A stretch of 64,000 nt of DNA, taken from the NCBI GenBank assembly GCA_964387095.1, contig CAYLVH010000001.1, positions 1,103 through 65,102 on the forward strand. The letters run 5' to 3'. This document shows positions 43,502 to 52,710 of the stretch, piece by piece; the stretch's first letter is position 1; each line of letters starts with the position of its first letter. The DNA comes from an uncultured Oscillospiraceae bacterium. GTDB lineage: Bacteria; Bacillota; Clostridia; Oscillospirales; Oscillospiraceae. The position numbers were made by a program, and so were the translations under genes. The notes under the pieces are model-generated. The model saw only the letters and a program-made list of their open reading frames with translations, made no database searches and was not told the DNA's origin.

Positions 43502-45490
43502 ATGCCAAAAAAAACCAACAAGCAAGAATACGGAAACGAATCCATCACCAGCCTGAAGGGCGCCGACCGGGTCCGGAAGCGCCCGGGCGTCATCTTCGGC
43601 TCGGACGGCCTGGACGGCTGCCAGCATGCGTTCTTTGAGATCCTATCCAACGCCATTGACGAGGCCAAGGAGGGCTACGGCAATCTGATTATTGTCACCC
43701 GCTATGAGGATCACTCCATTGAGGTGGAGGACTTTGGCCGGGGGTGTCCCGTGGACTGGAACGAAAAAGAGGGTCGCTACAACTGGGAGCTGGTGTTCTG
43801 TGAGCTATACGCCGGCGGCAAATACCAGAACGGCGAGGGGGACAACTATGAATACTCCCTGGGCCTGAACGGCCTTGGCTCCTGCGCCACCCAATACGCC
43901 AGCGAATATTTTGACGCCACCATTTACCGGGACGGCCAGAAGTACACCCTGCACTTCGAAAAGGGTGAAAACATCGGCGGCCTCCACAAGGAGCAGGCCG
44001 ATCGAAAAAAAACCGGCTCCTGCTTCCGCTGGAAGCCCGATCTGGACGTATTTACCGACATCAACATCCCGGTGGAATACTATATGGATGTGATGAAACG
44101 TCAGGCCGTGGTCAACTCCGGGGTCACCTTCCGCCTGCGCAACCAGGTAAATGGCCAGTTTCAGGTCACGGATTTTCATTACGACCGGGGCATTATTGAC
44201 TATGTGGCCGAGCTGGCGGGGAAAAATCCCCTGACCCAGCCGGTGTTTTATCAGTCCGAGCGCCGGGGCCGCGACCGTGCGGACAAGCCGGAATACAAGG
44301 TCAAGCTGTCCGTGGCATTCTGCTTCTCCAACCGGGTCAGCGTCGTGGAGCACTACCACAATTCCTCCTGGCTGGAACACGGCGGTTCCCCGGAGAAGGC
44401 CATGAAGTCCGCCTTTGTCTCCGCCATTGACAGCTACCTGCGGCAACAGGGCAAGTATAGCAAATCTGAGGCAAAAATCACCTTTGCGGACATCCAGGAC
44501 GCGCTGGTGCTGGTTTCCAACAACTTCTCCACCCAGACCTCCTATGAAAACCAGACCAAGAAGGCCATCAACAACAAGTTCATCCAGGAGGCCATGACCG
44601 CCTTCCTGAAGGAGAGCCTGGAGGTCTACTTTATCGAAAATCCCTTCGACGCCGCCAAAATCGGCGAGCAGGTCCTGATCAACAAGCGCAGCCGGGAGGC
44701 CTCAGAAAAGGCCCGTCTGAACATCAAGAAGAAGCTCAGCGGCAACCTGGACATCGCCAACCGGGTGCAGAAGTTTGTGGACTGCCGCACCAAGGACGTC
44801 AGCCGCCGGGAACTCTATATTGTGGAGGGTGACTCCGCACTGGGCGCCTGTAAGCTGAGCCGGGACGCGGAATTCCAGGGGATCATGCCCATCCGGGGCA
44901 AGATTTTAAACTGCTTAAAGGCGGACTATGCCCGCATTTTTAAGAGCGAGATCATCACCGACCTGATCCGGGTCATGGGCTGTGGTGTGGAGGTCAACGA
45001 CAAGCGGAACAAGGATTTGGCCGTTTTCGACCTGGAAAACCTGCGCTGGAACAAGATCATCCTCTGCACCGACGCCGATGTGGACGGCTACCAAATCCGC
45101 ACCCTGCTGTTGACCATGCTTTACCGCTTGACCCCCACCTTGATTCGGGAGGGCTATGTCTATATTGCGGAGTCCCCCCTATATGAGATTAACTGCAAGG
45201 AAAAGACCTGGTTTGCCTATAACGAGCAGGAAAAGGCGGACATTCTCTCCCAGCTGGAGGGCAAGAAGTACACCATCCAGCGCTCCAAGGGCCTTGGCGA
45301 GAATGAGCCTGACATGATGTGGCTGACCACCATGAACCCGGAGACCCGCCGCCTAATCAAGGTCATGCCCTCCGACGTGGAGCAAACAACCGCCGTATTT
45401 GACCTCCTCCTGGGCGACAACCTCCAGGGGCGCAAGGATCATATTGCCCAGGACGGATATAAGTATCTGGAGCTGGCGGATTTGTCCTGA
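43502..45490 (+). CDS. type IIA DNA topoisomerase subunit B (ParE/GyrB family)
   Basis: ORF track 43466..45490; ATG 43502 follows GAGGAA, whereas the track start lies only 17 nt downstream of the -10 box. It has a GHKL ATPase domain (LKGADRVRKRPGVIFGS, EILSNAIDE), a Toprim domain (ELYIVEGDSALG) and the PLRGK-like IRGKILN. Confidence 0.85.
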   Translation: MPKKTNKQEYGNESITSLKGADRVRKRPGVIFGSDGLDGCQHAFFEILSNAIDEAKEGYGNLIIVTRYEDHSIEVEDFGRGCPVDWNEKEGRYNWELVFCELYAGGKYQNGEGDNYEYSLGLNGLGSCATQYASEYFDATIYRDGQKYTLHFEKGENIGGLHKEQADRKKTGSCFRWKPDLDVFTDINIPVEYYMDVMKRQAVVNSGVTFRLRNQVNGQFQVTDFHYDRGIIDYVAELAGKNPLTQPVFYQSERRGRDRADKPEYKVKLSVAFCFSNRVSVVEHYHNSSWLEHGGSPEKAMKSAFVSAIDSYLRQQGKYSKSEAKITFADIQDALVLVSNNFSTQTSYENQTKKAINNKFIQEAMTAFLKESLEVYFIENPFDAAKIGEQVLINKRSREASEKARLNIKKKLSGNLDIANRVQKFVDCRTKDVSRRELYIVEGDSALGACKLSRDAEFQGIMPIRGKILNCLKADYARIFKSEIITDLIRVMGCGVEVNDKRNKDLAVFDLENLRWNKIILCTDADVDGYQIRTLLLTMLYRLTPTLIREGYVYIAESPLYEINCKEKTWFAYNEQEKADILSQLEGKKYTIQRSKGLGENEPDMMWLTTMNPETRRLIKVMPSDVEQTTAVFDLLLGDNLQGRKDHIAQDGYKYLELADLS

Positions 45491-45508
45491 AAACCCGGAT
45501 CGCAAGCA

Positions 45509-45536
45509 AAAGGACGTGCCCAGAAGCACGTCCTTT
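45509..45536. terminator. bidirectional terminator between the topoisomerase gene and the Moco operon
   Basis: 11-bp stem AAAGGACGTGC / GCACGTCCTTT with a 6-nt loop. Confidence 0.85.
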
Positions 45537-45547
45537 CTCTATACCTA

Positions 45548-45991
45548 TCAGTCTGATTCTTCCACCAGGGAAACCTCGTCCCCCGCCTTGACAACGCCGG
45601 GTTCCAGCACCTTGACAAAGATGCCCTCCCGGGGCATGACGCAGTCTCCCGCCTTCTGGCGGATGGCGCAGTCGTTGTGGCAGGTCTTTCCGATCTGAGT
45701 CACCTGACACAGGGCCGTGCCCAGCTTTATCTTGCTGCCCACGGGAATTTTGTAAACGCAGATGCCCTGAGTCAGGACATTTTCTGCAAAGTCGCCGGGC
45801 TTCAGCTTGAAATCCAGCTTCCCCTGGAGCTTATCCACGCTCTCCTGGCCCAGCAGGGACACCTGGCGGTGCCAGTTTCCAGCGTGGGCGTCTCCCACGA
45901 TGCCGTGGTCCACTCTCAGCTCCACCTGCTCCACAGGATGCTTTTGAATGCCCTTGATTTCGCTGATACAGACAGCCAACACTTTACCCAT
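45548..45991 (-). CDS. MOSC domain protein
   Basis: ORF track 45548..46060; the start is ATG 45991 (MGKVLAVCISEIKG) after GGAGG. GIVGDAHAG...QVSLL...PGDFAENV is MOSC-like. Confidence 0.8.
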   Translation of the reverse strand: MGKVLAVCISEIKGIQKHPVEQVELRVDHGIVGDAHAGNWHRQVSLLGQESVDKLQGKLDFKLKPGDFAENVLTQGICVYKIPVGSKIKLGTALCQVTQIGKTCHNDCAIRQKAGDCVMPREGIFVKVLEPGVVKAGDEVSLVEESD

Positions 45992-46511
45992 GGTGATGCG
46001 CCTCCTTCTCGTGGATTCTGGCGCAGTCCTGGGAGACCCCCCGCAGGGTTTCAATGCCATGCTTGACAGCCCGGATCACCGCACCGAAGTTCTCGGTAGA
46101 GGCCTTCTTGCTGCCAGGCAGATTGATAATCAACGTCTGGCCCCGGATGCCCGCCGTCTCCCGGGACAGGCAGCCCATGGGGGTGATGCGCAGGCTTTCG
46201 GCCCGCATGGCCTCCGGGATGCCGGGCGCGCGTTTTTCCAGGACTCCCTCGGTGGCCTCGGGGGTCACGTCCCGCCGGGAGAAACCGGTGCCTCCGGTGG
46301 TCAGGGCCAGGCAAACCCCCAATTCGTCGGCGCACTTGATCAGCTCCTGCTGAATCTGGTCAAAATCATCAGGAATGATGGCAGTATACACCACACTGTA
46401 TCCATTGTCACGGAGCATTCCCACCAGAGCGGGGCCAGAGGTATCCTCCCGCAGCCCCTGGCTGCCCTTATCGCTGATGGTAATCACTGCTGCTGTCAAT
46501 TCCATGGTCAT
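45984..46511 (-). CDS. moaB: MogA/MoaB-family molybdenum cofactor biosynthesis protein
   Basis: 175 aa, AAVITISDKGSQGLREDTSGP...LTTGGTGFSRRDVTPEAT. It overlaps both neighbouring genes. Confidence 0.85.
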   Translation of the reverse strand: MTMELTAAVITISDKGSQGLREDTSGPALVGMLRDNGYSVVYTAIIPDDFDQIQQELIKCADELGVCLALTTGGTGFSRRDVTPEATEGVLEKRAPGIPEAMRAESLRITPMGCLSRETAGIRGQTLIINLPGSKKASTENFGAVIRAVKHGIETLRGVSQDCARIHEKEAHHHG

Positions 46512-47002
46512 TTCTCCTCCTGTCTTATGAAATCACCGGACTGCCCGCCGGACTTCTTCAGCAGCCGAATCCGGTCGATGACCATATCCCGCTGCACTGC
46601 TTTGCACATATCATAGACGGTCAGCGCCGCCGCCGAAACCGCTGTCAGCGCCTCCATCTCCACGCCGGTAACGCCATTGCACCGGGTGGTGGCGGTGATC
46701 TCCACAGCCAACTCCGCTTCGTTCAAGGTCAGCTCCAAATCCACCCCCGTCAGCGCAATGGGATGGCACATGGGGATCAGCTCCGGGGTGCGCTTGGCGC
46801 CCATAATCCCCGCCACCTGGGCCACGGTCAGCACATCTCCCTTTCTCACGCCGCCGGAGCAAATCAGATCAAAGGTCTTCTGATTCACCAAGACCCGGCC
46901 GGCTGCAACCGCCTCCCGCTTTGTCTCCGCCTTTTCCCCCACATGCACCATACGAGCATTGCCATGCTGGTCAAAGTGGGTGAAATCTTTCGAAATTGCC
47001 AT
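46508..47002 (-). CDS. moaC: cyclic pyranopterin monophosphate synthase MoaC
   Basis: 164 aa, KGDVLTVAQVAGIMGAKRTPELIPMCHPI...GVEMEALTAVSAAALTVYDMCKA. Confidence 0.92.
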   Translation of the reverse strand: MAISKDFTHFDQHGNARMVHVGEKAETKREAVAAGRVLVNQKTFDLICSGGVRKGDVLTVAQVAGIMGAKRTPELIPMCHPIALTGVDLELTLNEAELAVEITATTRCNGVTGVEMEALTAVSAAALTVYDMCKAVQRDMVIDRIRLLKKSGGQSGDFIRQEEK

Positions 47003-47005
47003 GGG

Positions 47006-47953
47006 TCATCCTCCGATCGTATTCATTGTCCGGCCCGCTTCGCTGAGATGCTTGGCATCCAAAGCCCCGTGCATCTTCGGCTTCTCCAGAATCGCCGTCC
47101 GCAGCGTCTCCAGCAGCGCTTCGCCGTGCTTGCCCCGCACCCGAATCTCCTGGTTGGAATGGAGGCAGGGCTTCAAATTCCCCTCACTGGTCAGGCGCAG
47201 GCGGTTGCAGGTGGCGCAGAAGTGATTGCTCAGGGAGGAAATCAAGCCCACCTTCCCCTGTCCATCCGACAGCCGGTACAGCCGGGCAACGCTGCCCGTC
47301 TCAGCCTCCACCGGCACCAGCTCCGGCACCTGCTTCAACACCTCATCTCCAGGCAGGTAGGCGTCCTTCCCAAACAGTCCCCCCATGGGCATCAGCTCGA
47401 TGAAGCGAAGCTCAATGGGATGCTCCCGGGTCAGCTCCACAAAGGCTCTGATTTCATCGTCATTGAAGCCGCCAATGAGCACGGTGTTCACCTTCACCGG
47501 GGTCAAGCCCGCCCGGAAGGCCGCCCGGATCCCCCGGAGGGCATCCTCCAGATTTCCTCTGCCGGTGATATCATGATATTTGTCCGGGTCCATGGTATCC
47601 AGGCTGATATTGACCCGTTTCACGCCGGCCTCTTTCAGCCCTTCCGCATACTTCTCCAGCAGAATCCCATTGGTGGTCAGCGCCACCTCCTGGATTCCAG
47701 GCACCGCCGCCACCATGCGGCACAGCTCCACCACCCCCCGGCGCACCAGGGGCTCGCCGCCGGTGATGCGCACCTTGCGGATGCCCAGCTGAGCCGCCGC
47801 GGTGACAATCTCTGTAATTTCCTCGAAAGAGAGAATATCCGCATGGGATTTCTGGCAGACGCCATCCGGCATACAGTAACGGCAGCGGAGATTGCATAGG
47901 TCTGTAACCGAAACCCGCAAGTAGCTGATCTCTCTCTGATAATGATCTTTCAT
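47006..47953 (-). CDS. moaA: GTP 3',8-cyclase MoaA (radical SAM)
   Basis: ORF track 47006..47980; the likely start is ATG 47953 (MKDHYQREISYLRVSVTDLCNLRCRYCMP). The C-terminal Fe-S motif CATCNRLRLTSEG is present. Confidence 0.92.
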   Translation of the reverse strand: MKDHYQREISYLRVSVTDLCNLRCRYCMPDGVCQKSHADILSFEEITEIVTAAAQLGIRKVRITGGEPLVRRGVVELCRMVAAVPGIQEVALTTNGILLEKYAEGLKEAGVKRVNISLDTMDPDKYHDITGRGNLEDALRGIRAAFRAGLTPVKVNTVLIGGFNDDEIRAFVELTREHPIELRFIELMPMGGLFGKDAYLPGDEVLKQVPELVPVEAETGSVARLYRLSDGQGKVGLISSLSNHFCATCNRLRLTSEGNLKPCLHSNQEIRVRGKHGEALLETLRTAILEKPKMHGALDAKHLSEAGRTMNTIGG

Positions 47954-47966
47954 GTTGTTTCCTTTA

Positions 47967-48992
47967 TTAATACCGTCCAAAGGTACAGTTGGGCCAGTGG
48001 CAGTCCCGGCAGCCCTGGCACAGGCCGCCTGCCCCCAGGCAACGCAGCTCTGCCCTGGTAAATCTCACCCCGGTAAACACCTGGGGCAACACCACATCCA
48101 GCATCGTGATCTTAGAGTGAATGGCGGCGCCGGGCACCCCCAGGAAGGTAATATTCCCCAGATAAGCCACCATGAACATATTCCCCGGCTGAGCGGGCAC
48201 GCCCTGAGTAATGATTTCCGCGCCGGTGCGCTGAATGGCCGTGGCAGTCAGATCATCGGGGTCCACACTCATGCCCCCGGTCATGATGATGAGCTTGGCC
48301 CCCCGTCTCTTCCACTTCTCAATGGCGCCGGACAGCATATCCAGGTTGTCGTCGCAGAAAATCGTGCCCAGGATGTCCGCATGATAAGCGGAAACCTTCG
48401 CCCGCACCACCGGCTCAAACTTATCCGGGATCCGGCTGGAAAAGACCTCGCTGCCAGTGACAATCAGTCCCACAGGCAGATTCTGGCGATAGGGGATCAG
48501 CTCCATCAGGGGACGCTCCGCCTTCGCGTTCAGCTCCTCCGCCTTTCGTATTTGGCTTTCCAGGCAGACAAGGGGGACAATGCGCTCCCCCGCCAGCTTC
48601 GTCCCCGCCTGGACAGGATAGTGGTCAGGCAGGGTGGTAATGGTGATGTCTCCAATCTGGTTGATGGCGTCCAACAGGGGCTTATTCACCCGAAACATGC
48701 CGTCCTCCCTGGCCGCCAAGGTCATTCTGCCCTCATTGGGGCCGGTATATCCGGCGTTTTCCATGGAACAGAGCGCAGCCAGACGCACAGCCGCATCCTC
48801 CTCATGGATTTCCCCAGCTGTTTCCTCCCAGATATAGATATACTTCTTGCCCAGGTCCAGCAGGTGAGGCACGTCCTCCCTGCTGATCACATGGCCGCGC
48901 TGAAAGGCTCGGCCCTTAAATCCCTCCCGGACCTCTGTAATATCATGGCAAAGGGTCAATCCCACCGCGTCTTCAGTTCTCACCTTTTTCAT
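47967..48992 (-). CDS. molybdopterin-binding (MoCF_biosynth domain) protein with Cys-rich C-terminus
   Basis: 341 aa with a MoeA-domain-III-like segment (IMTGGMSVDPDDLT) and the C-terminal CLGAGGLCQGCRDCHWPNC. Confidence 0.7.
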   Translation of the reverse strand: MKKVRTEDAVGLTLCHDITEVREGFKGRAFQRGHVISREDVPHLLDLGKKYIYIWEETAGEIHEEDAAVRLAALCSMENAGYTGPNEGRMTLAAREDGMFRVNKPLLDAINQIGDITITTLPDHYPVQAGTKLAGERIVPLVCLESQIRKAEELNAKAERPLMELIPYRQNLPVGLIVTGSEVFSSRIPDKFEPVVRAKVSAYHADILGTIFCDDNLDMLSGAIEKWKRRGAKLIIMTGGMSVDPDDLTATAIQRTGAEIITQGVPAQPGNMFMVAYLGNITFLGVPGAAIHSKITMLDVVLPQVFTGVRFTRAELRCLGAGGLCQGCRDCHWPNCTFGRY

Positions 48993-49008
48993 GGAATCTT
49001 CTCCTTAT

Positions 49009-50229
49009 TCAGGGGATCAGATATGCATGCAGCCGGGTGCCAGCGGGCAGACTGGGGCTGCCGCCGGGGATTTCCGCCAGCAGGTTGCAGCCAATCAGGC
49101 TGTGCAGCACGCCATTGCCTTGTCCCTGCTCCACCAGCATCCGGGCGGTGCCATCGGTCAAATCCAGCGTCCCCCGGATCAGCCGGGTTCTGGGGCTTTT
49201 TTTTGGAAAGCCCTCCTTCAGGGTCACTGTCAGCGCCGTCAGCATGGGCTCCTTCAGCCCTTGCAGCTTGCGGACCACCGGCAGGACCACCGCATAAAAA
49301 TTCGTCAGCGCGGAGGCCGGGTTGCCAGAGAGACCACAGATCAGCTTGCCTGCCCGAATCCCATAGGCGCTAGCTCCCCCGGGCTTCAGCTTCAAGGCAC
49401 GGATCAGCAGCTCCGCCCCGGCCCGCGTCATTGCCTCCGGGGTGAAATCGTAATCCCCCACGGAGACCCCTCCAGTGGTCAGCACCAGATCACAGGTGTT
49501 CAGGGCCTCATCCATTGCCGCCGCAATGGCGCCAGGGTCGTCGCCGGGGGCGCCGCATACTACGGGCTTGCAGCCCATATGCCGCAAGGCGGCAAAGAAG
49601 GTATATTGGTTGGTGTTGACAATCTTCCCTCCGGTCAGGGCCTCCCCGGCCTCCACCAGCTCGCTGCCGGTGGTCAGGATTCCCACCGTGGGGACTCCAT
49701 AGCAGAGAGGTTCCACAATCCCCTGGGCCGCCAAGGTGCCCAGCAGGGCGCTGTCAATGACCGTGCCCCTTTCCGCCATCAGCTGGCCCTTCCCCACGTC
49801 CTCCCCCCGGGGGACAATGTTCTCTCCGGGCTTGGACGGCCTGAAAATCGTCACCGTCTCCTGGGTGAAGGCGGTCTCCTCATACTTTGCAATGGCATCC
49901 GCACCCGGAGGAACCGGCGCCCCGGTGAGAATCTTTGTGGCTGTGCCAGAGGAGACCGCCTGCGTCCACATGGACCCTGCCGGTACCTCTTCCAAAATAC
50001 GCAGCGTCACAGGATTCTCCCGGCTGGCGCCCAGGGTGTCCGCCGCCCGGAAGGCATAGCCATCATAGGGGGAGCGGTCGAAGGGCGGCACATCCCCACC
50101 GGCAAACACGTCCTCCGCCAGAATGCGGCCCGCCGCTTGGAGCAGCGGCACCCGCTCCAGCCTTGTAATGGGCGCAACCTGCTCCATCAGGAGCTTTCTC
50201 GCCTCCTTATATTCCAAACCAGTCTGCAT
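49009..50229 (-). CDS. moeA: molybdopterin molybdotransferase MoeA
   Basis: 406 aa, SPYDGYAFRAAD...ILTTGSELV...LTTGGVSVGDYDF. AGGAGGAA lies upstream. Confidence 0.9.
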   Translation of the reverse strand: MQTGLEYKEARKLLMEQVAPITRLERVPLLQAAGRILAEDVFAGGDVPPFDRSPYDGYAFRAADTLGASRENPVTLRILEEVPAGSMWTQAVSSGTATKILTGAPVPPGADAIAKYEETAFTQETVTIFRPSKPGENIVPRGEDVGKGQLMAERGTVIDSALLGTLAAQGIVEPLCYGVPTVGILTTGSELVEAGEALTGGKIVNTNQYTFFAALRHMGCKPVVCGAPGDDPGAIAAAMDEALNTCDLVLTTGGVSVGDYDFTPEAMTRAGAELLIRALKLKPGGASAYGIRAGKLICGLSGNPASALTNFYAVVLPVVRKLQGLKEPMLTALTVTLKEGFPKKSPRTRLIRGTLDLTDGTARMLVEQGQGNGVLHSLIGCNLLAEIPGGSPSLPAGTRLHAYLIP

Positions 50230-50267
50230 GATGGTTCCTCCTGTCGTCCTGTGAGAATTCCCCCCCC

Positions 50268-50312
50268 AAAAAAATCAGGGGCTGCGCTGCCTCAATAAGG
50301 CAGAACAACCCC
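50268..50312 (-). terminator. expression-platform terminator of the Moco riboswitch (followed by a G8 run)
   Basis: On the minus strand GGGGTTGTTCTGCC-TTATTGA-GGCAGCGCAGCCCC is followed by TGATTTTTTT and then GGGGGGGG (C8 on the plus strand at 50260-50267). Confidence 0.7.
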
Positions 50313-50321
50313 TACGGTTAT

Positions 50322-50432
50322 GGCTGCTCTCCTTTTCAAAGCAGGAAGGTCAGAAGGTTTCCCCGCTGGCCCGTGGCATTCGCCAGGCCGCAGCAGCATA
50401 GGCTTCGCCCTTAGCCGCCGCAGCTCGGAGAT
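50322..50432 (-). promoter_or_regulatory. probable Moco (molybdenum cofactor) riboswitch
   Basis: On the minus strand: AUCUCCGAGC...GCGGCCUGGCGAAUGCCACGGGCCAGCGGGGAAACC...CCUGCUUUGAAAAGGAGAGC. UCUCC and GGAGA can form P1. It lies upstream of moeA-moaA-moaC, the usual context for this motif. The match is from memory of the consensus, not a covariance-model score. Confidence 0.6.
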
Positions 50433-50488
50433 ATTTTCTTCTATTTTCTTTCAGTTTACCCGATGTCCTGAAAGCGGGAAGGAACGGA

Positions 50489-51391
50489 TCAATATTCCTT
50501 CTTCAGGCAGTGGCGGGTAATCCCCAGAATTTCACGGGCCTCATCCGGGGTGGCAACCTCCCGGCCAGCCAGCTTGGTCAGCCGGACAGCCCGTTCCACC
50601 AGCCGGACATTGGTTGCGATAATCTTCTTGCCATCGGGGGTCTTGCCGAAGAGGATGTTGTCCTCCAGGCCCACCCGCAGGCCATCGCAGCCCAGGGCCA
50701 AGCCAGTCAGCATCATGGGCATGTGAGCCTTGCCAATGCCGGAAACAGACCAGGTAGCGCCGGCGGGCAGCTTGTCCACCAGGAATGCCAGGTTGCCGGG
50801 AGTGCCGGGCATCGCGCCGCCCACACCCATGATAAACTGGATGTGGGGAGGCTGGGGAATGTTATACTTCTTCACATAGTAGTTGACGGAATCGATATGG
50901 CCGGTGTCAAACACCTCAAATTCCGGCTTCACCCCGGTGCGGACCACCTCTGCCGCCAGCTTGTTCAGGAATCGGGGGGAGTTCTCAAAGATATAGCTGT
51001 TCGCCCAATTGATGGTGCCCGGATCAAAGGAGCACATTTCCGGCTTCAGCGCGTCCAGATGCTGTAGGCGCTTGTAATCCTCATACTCACCGCCGGAGGT
51101 GGTGAGATTGATCACAGGATCCAGGCCAGCCTCGGCGCAATACTTCCGGGCCAGCTCCACCGTCTCGGTGAACTTCTCCAGGGACATGGACTTGTAGTTG
51201 ACCTTCAACTCGCCGTCAACCACCTTGTCCTCACGGACATGGATGTGGACCACCGCAGCCCCCGCCTTGGTGACCGCCACGATGTCCCGGGCGATCTCCT
51301 CCGGGGTCAGGGGCACAGAGGGAGCCTGGACCTTGGTGGTGCCTGCGCCGCAGAGGCAGCATGAGATGATAACTTTATTGGTCTTAGACAT
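50489..51391 (-). CDS. BKACE-family beta-keto acid cleavage enzyme (DUF849; Kce / triacetate-lyase type)
   Basis: 300 aa, MSKTNKVIISCCLCGAGTTK...VVHIHVRED (HxH zinc site)...GLRVGLEDN, the 3-keto-5-aminohexanoate cleavage enzyme fold family. Confidence 0.8.
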   Translation of the reverse strand: MSKTNKVIISCCLCGAGTTKVQAPSVPLTPEEIARDIVAVTKAGAAVVHIHVREDKVVDGELKVNYKSMSLEKFTETVELARKYCAEAGLDPVINLTTSGGEYEDYKRLQHLDALKPEMCSFDPGTINWANSYIFENSPRFLNKLAAEVVRTGVKPEFEVFDTGHIDSVNYYVKKYNIPQPPHIQFIMGVGGAMPGTPGNLAFLVDKLPAGATWSVSGIGKAHMPMMLTGLALGCDGLRVGLEDNILFGKTPDGKKIIATNVRLVERAVRLTKLAGREVATPDEAREILGITRHCLKKEY

Positions 51392-51456
51392 GGCTATTCT
51401 CCTTCGTTCACTTTGTAATTGGCGATCACCCGTCAGCAGACTGACGATTGCTCCCC

Positions 51457-52710
51457 TTATTCACACATTTCAATGACAGTTGCCTGGCCCATGCCGCCTG
51501 CGATGCACAGGGTGGCCAGGCCATATTTCAGCCCCCGGCGGCGCATTTCATACATCAGGGTAACCAGAATCCGGCAACCGGAGGAGCCAACGGGATGACC
51601 CAGGGCCACAGCGCCGCCGTTGACGTTGATGATATCCATCTGGTCCTCCCAGCCCAGCTGCTTGATGCAGCCCAGGGACTGGGCGGCAAAGGCCTCGTTC
51701 AGCTCGATGAGCTGAATATCGTCCATGGTCAGGCCGGCGTTTTTCAGCGCCTTGGGCACCGCGTAAACAGGGCCAAGTCCCATGGTCCGGGGATCGCAGC
51801 CAGCGGTGCCCATGCCGATGATCTTGCAGATGGGCTTCAGGCCCAGCTCCGCGGCCAACTCCTCCGCCATCATCAGGACAGCGGACGCTCCGTCGTTGCG
51901 GCCGGAGGAGGAGGCGGCGGTGACGGTCCCGGTCAGCTCACTGCTGTTCCAGATGCGGCCCTGTTCGTCATGGGTGATGTTGAAGCAGGGCTTCAGCTTT
52001 GCCATCTTCTCAGCGCTGGTATCGCGCTTGGGGAACTCGTCGGTGTCAAACACCAGGGGAGGCTTCTTCTTGCCCTGGGGGACAATCACCGGGACAATCT
52101 CCTCCTTAAAGCGGCCCGCGTCAATGGCGGCAATAGCCTTGCGCTGGGATTCCAGAGAGAAGGCGTCCTGCTCCTCCCGGGTGATGCCCAGGCTTTCCGC
52201 GATGTTCTCCGCAGTGGCCCCCATATTATAGCGGCCGTATATCTCCTGGGGCTGGGAGCGGAACTGACCCTCGGTGACGGCGTCTACGAACTCCGTATTG
52301 CCGGTGCCAACCCCCCAGCGGGCATTGCGGACATAGAACACGGCGTTGGACATGGACTCGGTGCCGCCTGCCAGGACGCAGTCGGACAAGCCGGTCATGA
52401 TCTGCATGGCGCCGTTGTGAACAGCGGTCATGGCGGAAGCGCACTGGCGCATAACGGTATGTGCGGAGGCAGAAGCGGGAATGCCCACCTTCAGAGCGGC
52501 TATCCGGGCGATATTGGGTTCGTCAGAGGTCTGCCGGCACTGGCCCATAATGACCTCATCGATCACAGCGGGGTCCACCTTGCTGCGATCCAGAATCCCC
52601 TGCATGACCGCGCAGGCCAGATCGTAGGCGGACAGGGGCCGCAAAGCGCCGCCGAATTTGCCCACAGCGGTGCGGCAGCCCTCAACAATTACAACATTTC
52701 TGGTTTCCAT
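51457..52710 (-). CDS. acetyl-CoA C-acetyltransferase (thiolase II-like)
   Basis: ORF track 51457..52734; the start is ATG 52710 (METRNVVIVEGCRTAVGKFGG). It has the active-site Cys region MRQCASAM, NVNGGAVALGHPVG and CIAGGMG. Confidence 0.88.
   Translation of the reverse strand: METRNVVIVEGCRTAVGKFGGALRPLSAYDLACAVMQGILDRSKVDPAVIDEVIMGQCRQTSDEPNIARIAALKVGIPASASAHTVMRQCASAMTAVHNGAMQIMTGLSDCVLAGGTESMSNAVFYVRNARWGVGTGNTEFVDAVTEGQFRSQPQEIYGRYNMGATAENIAESLGITREEQDAFSLESQRKAIAAIDAGRFKEEIVPVIVPQGKKKPPLVFDTDEFPKRDTSAEKMAKLKPCFNITHDEQGRIWNSSELTGTVTAASSSGRNDGASAVLMMAEELAAELGLKPICKIIGMGTAGCDPRTMGLGPVYAVPKALKNAGLTMDDIQLIELNEAFAAQSLGCIKQLGWEDQMDIINVNGGAVALGHPVGSSGCRILVTLMYEMRRRGLKYGLATLCIAGGMGQATVIEMCE

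Noticed and set aside
47952-50298. Plus-strand ORFs 47952..49373 (473 aa) and 48991..50298 (435 aa) opposite the MoCF-binding and moeA genes
   Set aside because: They lie antisense to recognisable Moco-biosynthesis genes and have typical shadow-ORF composition.
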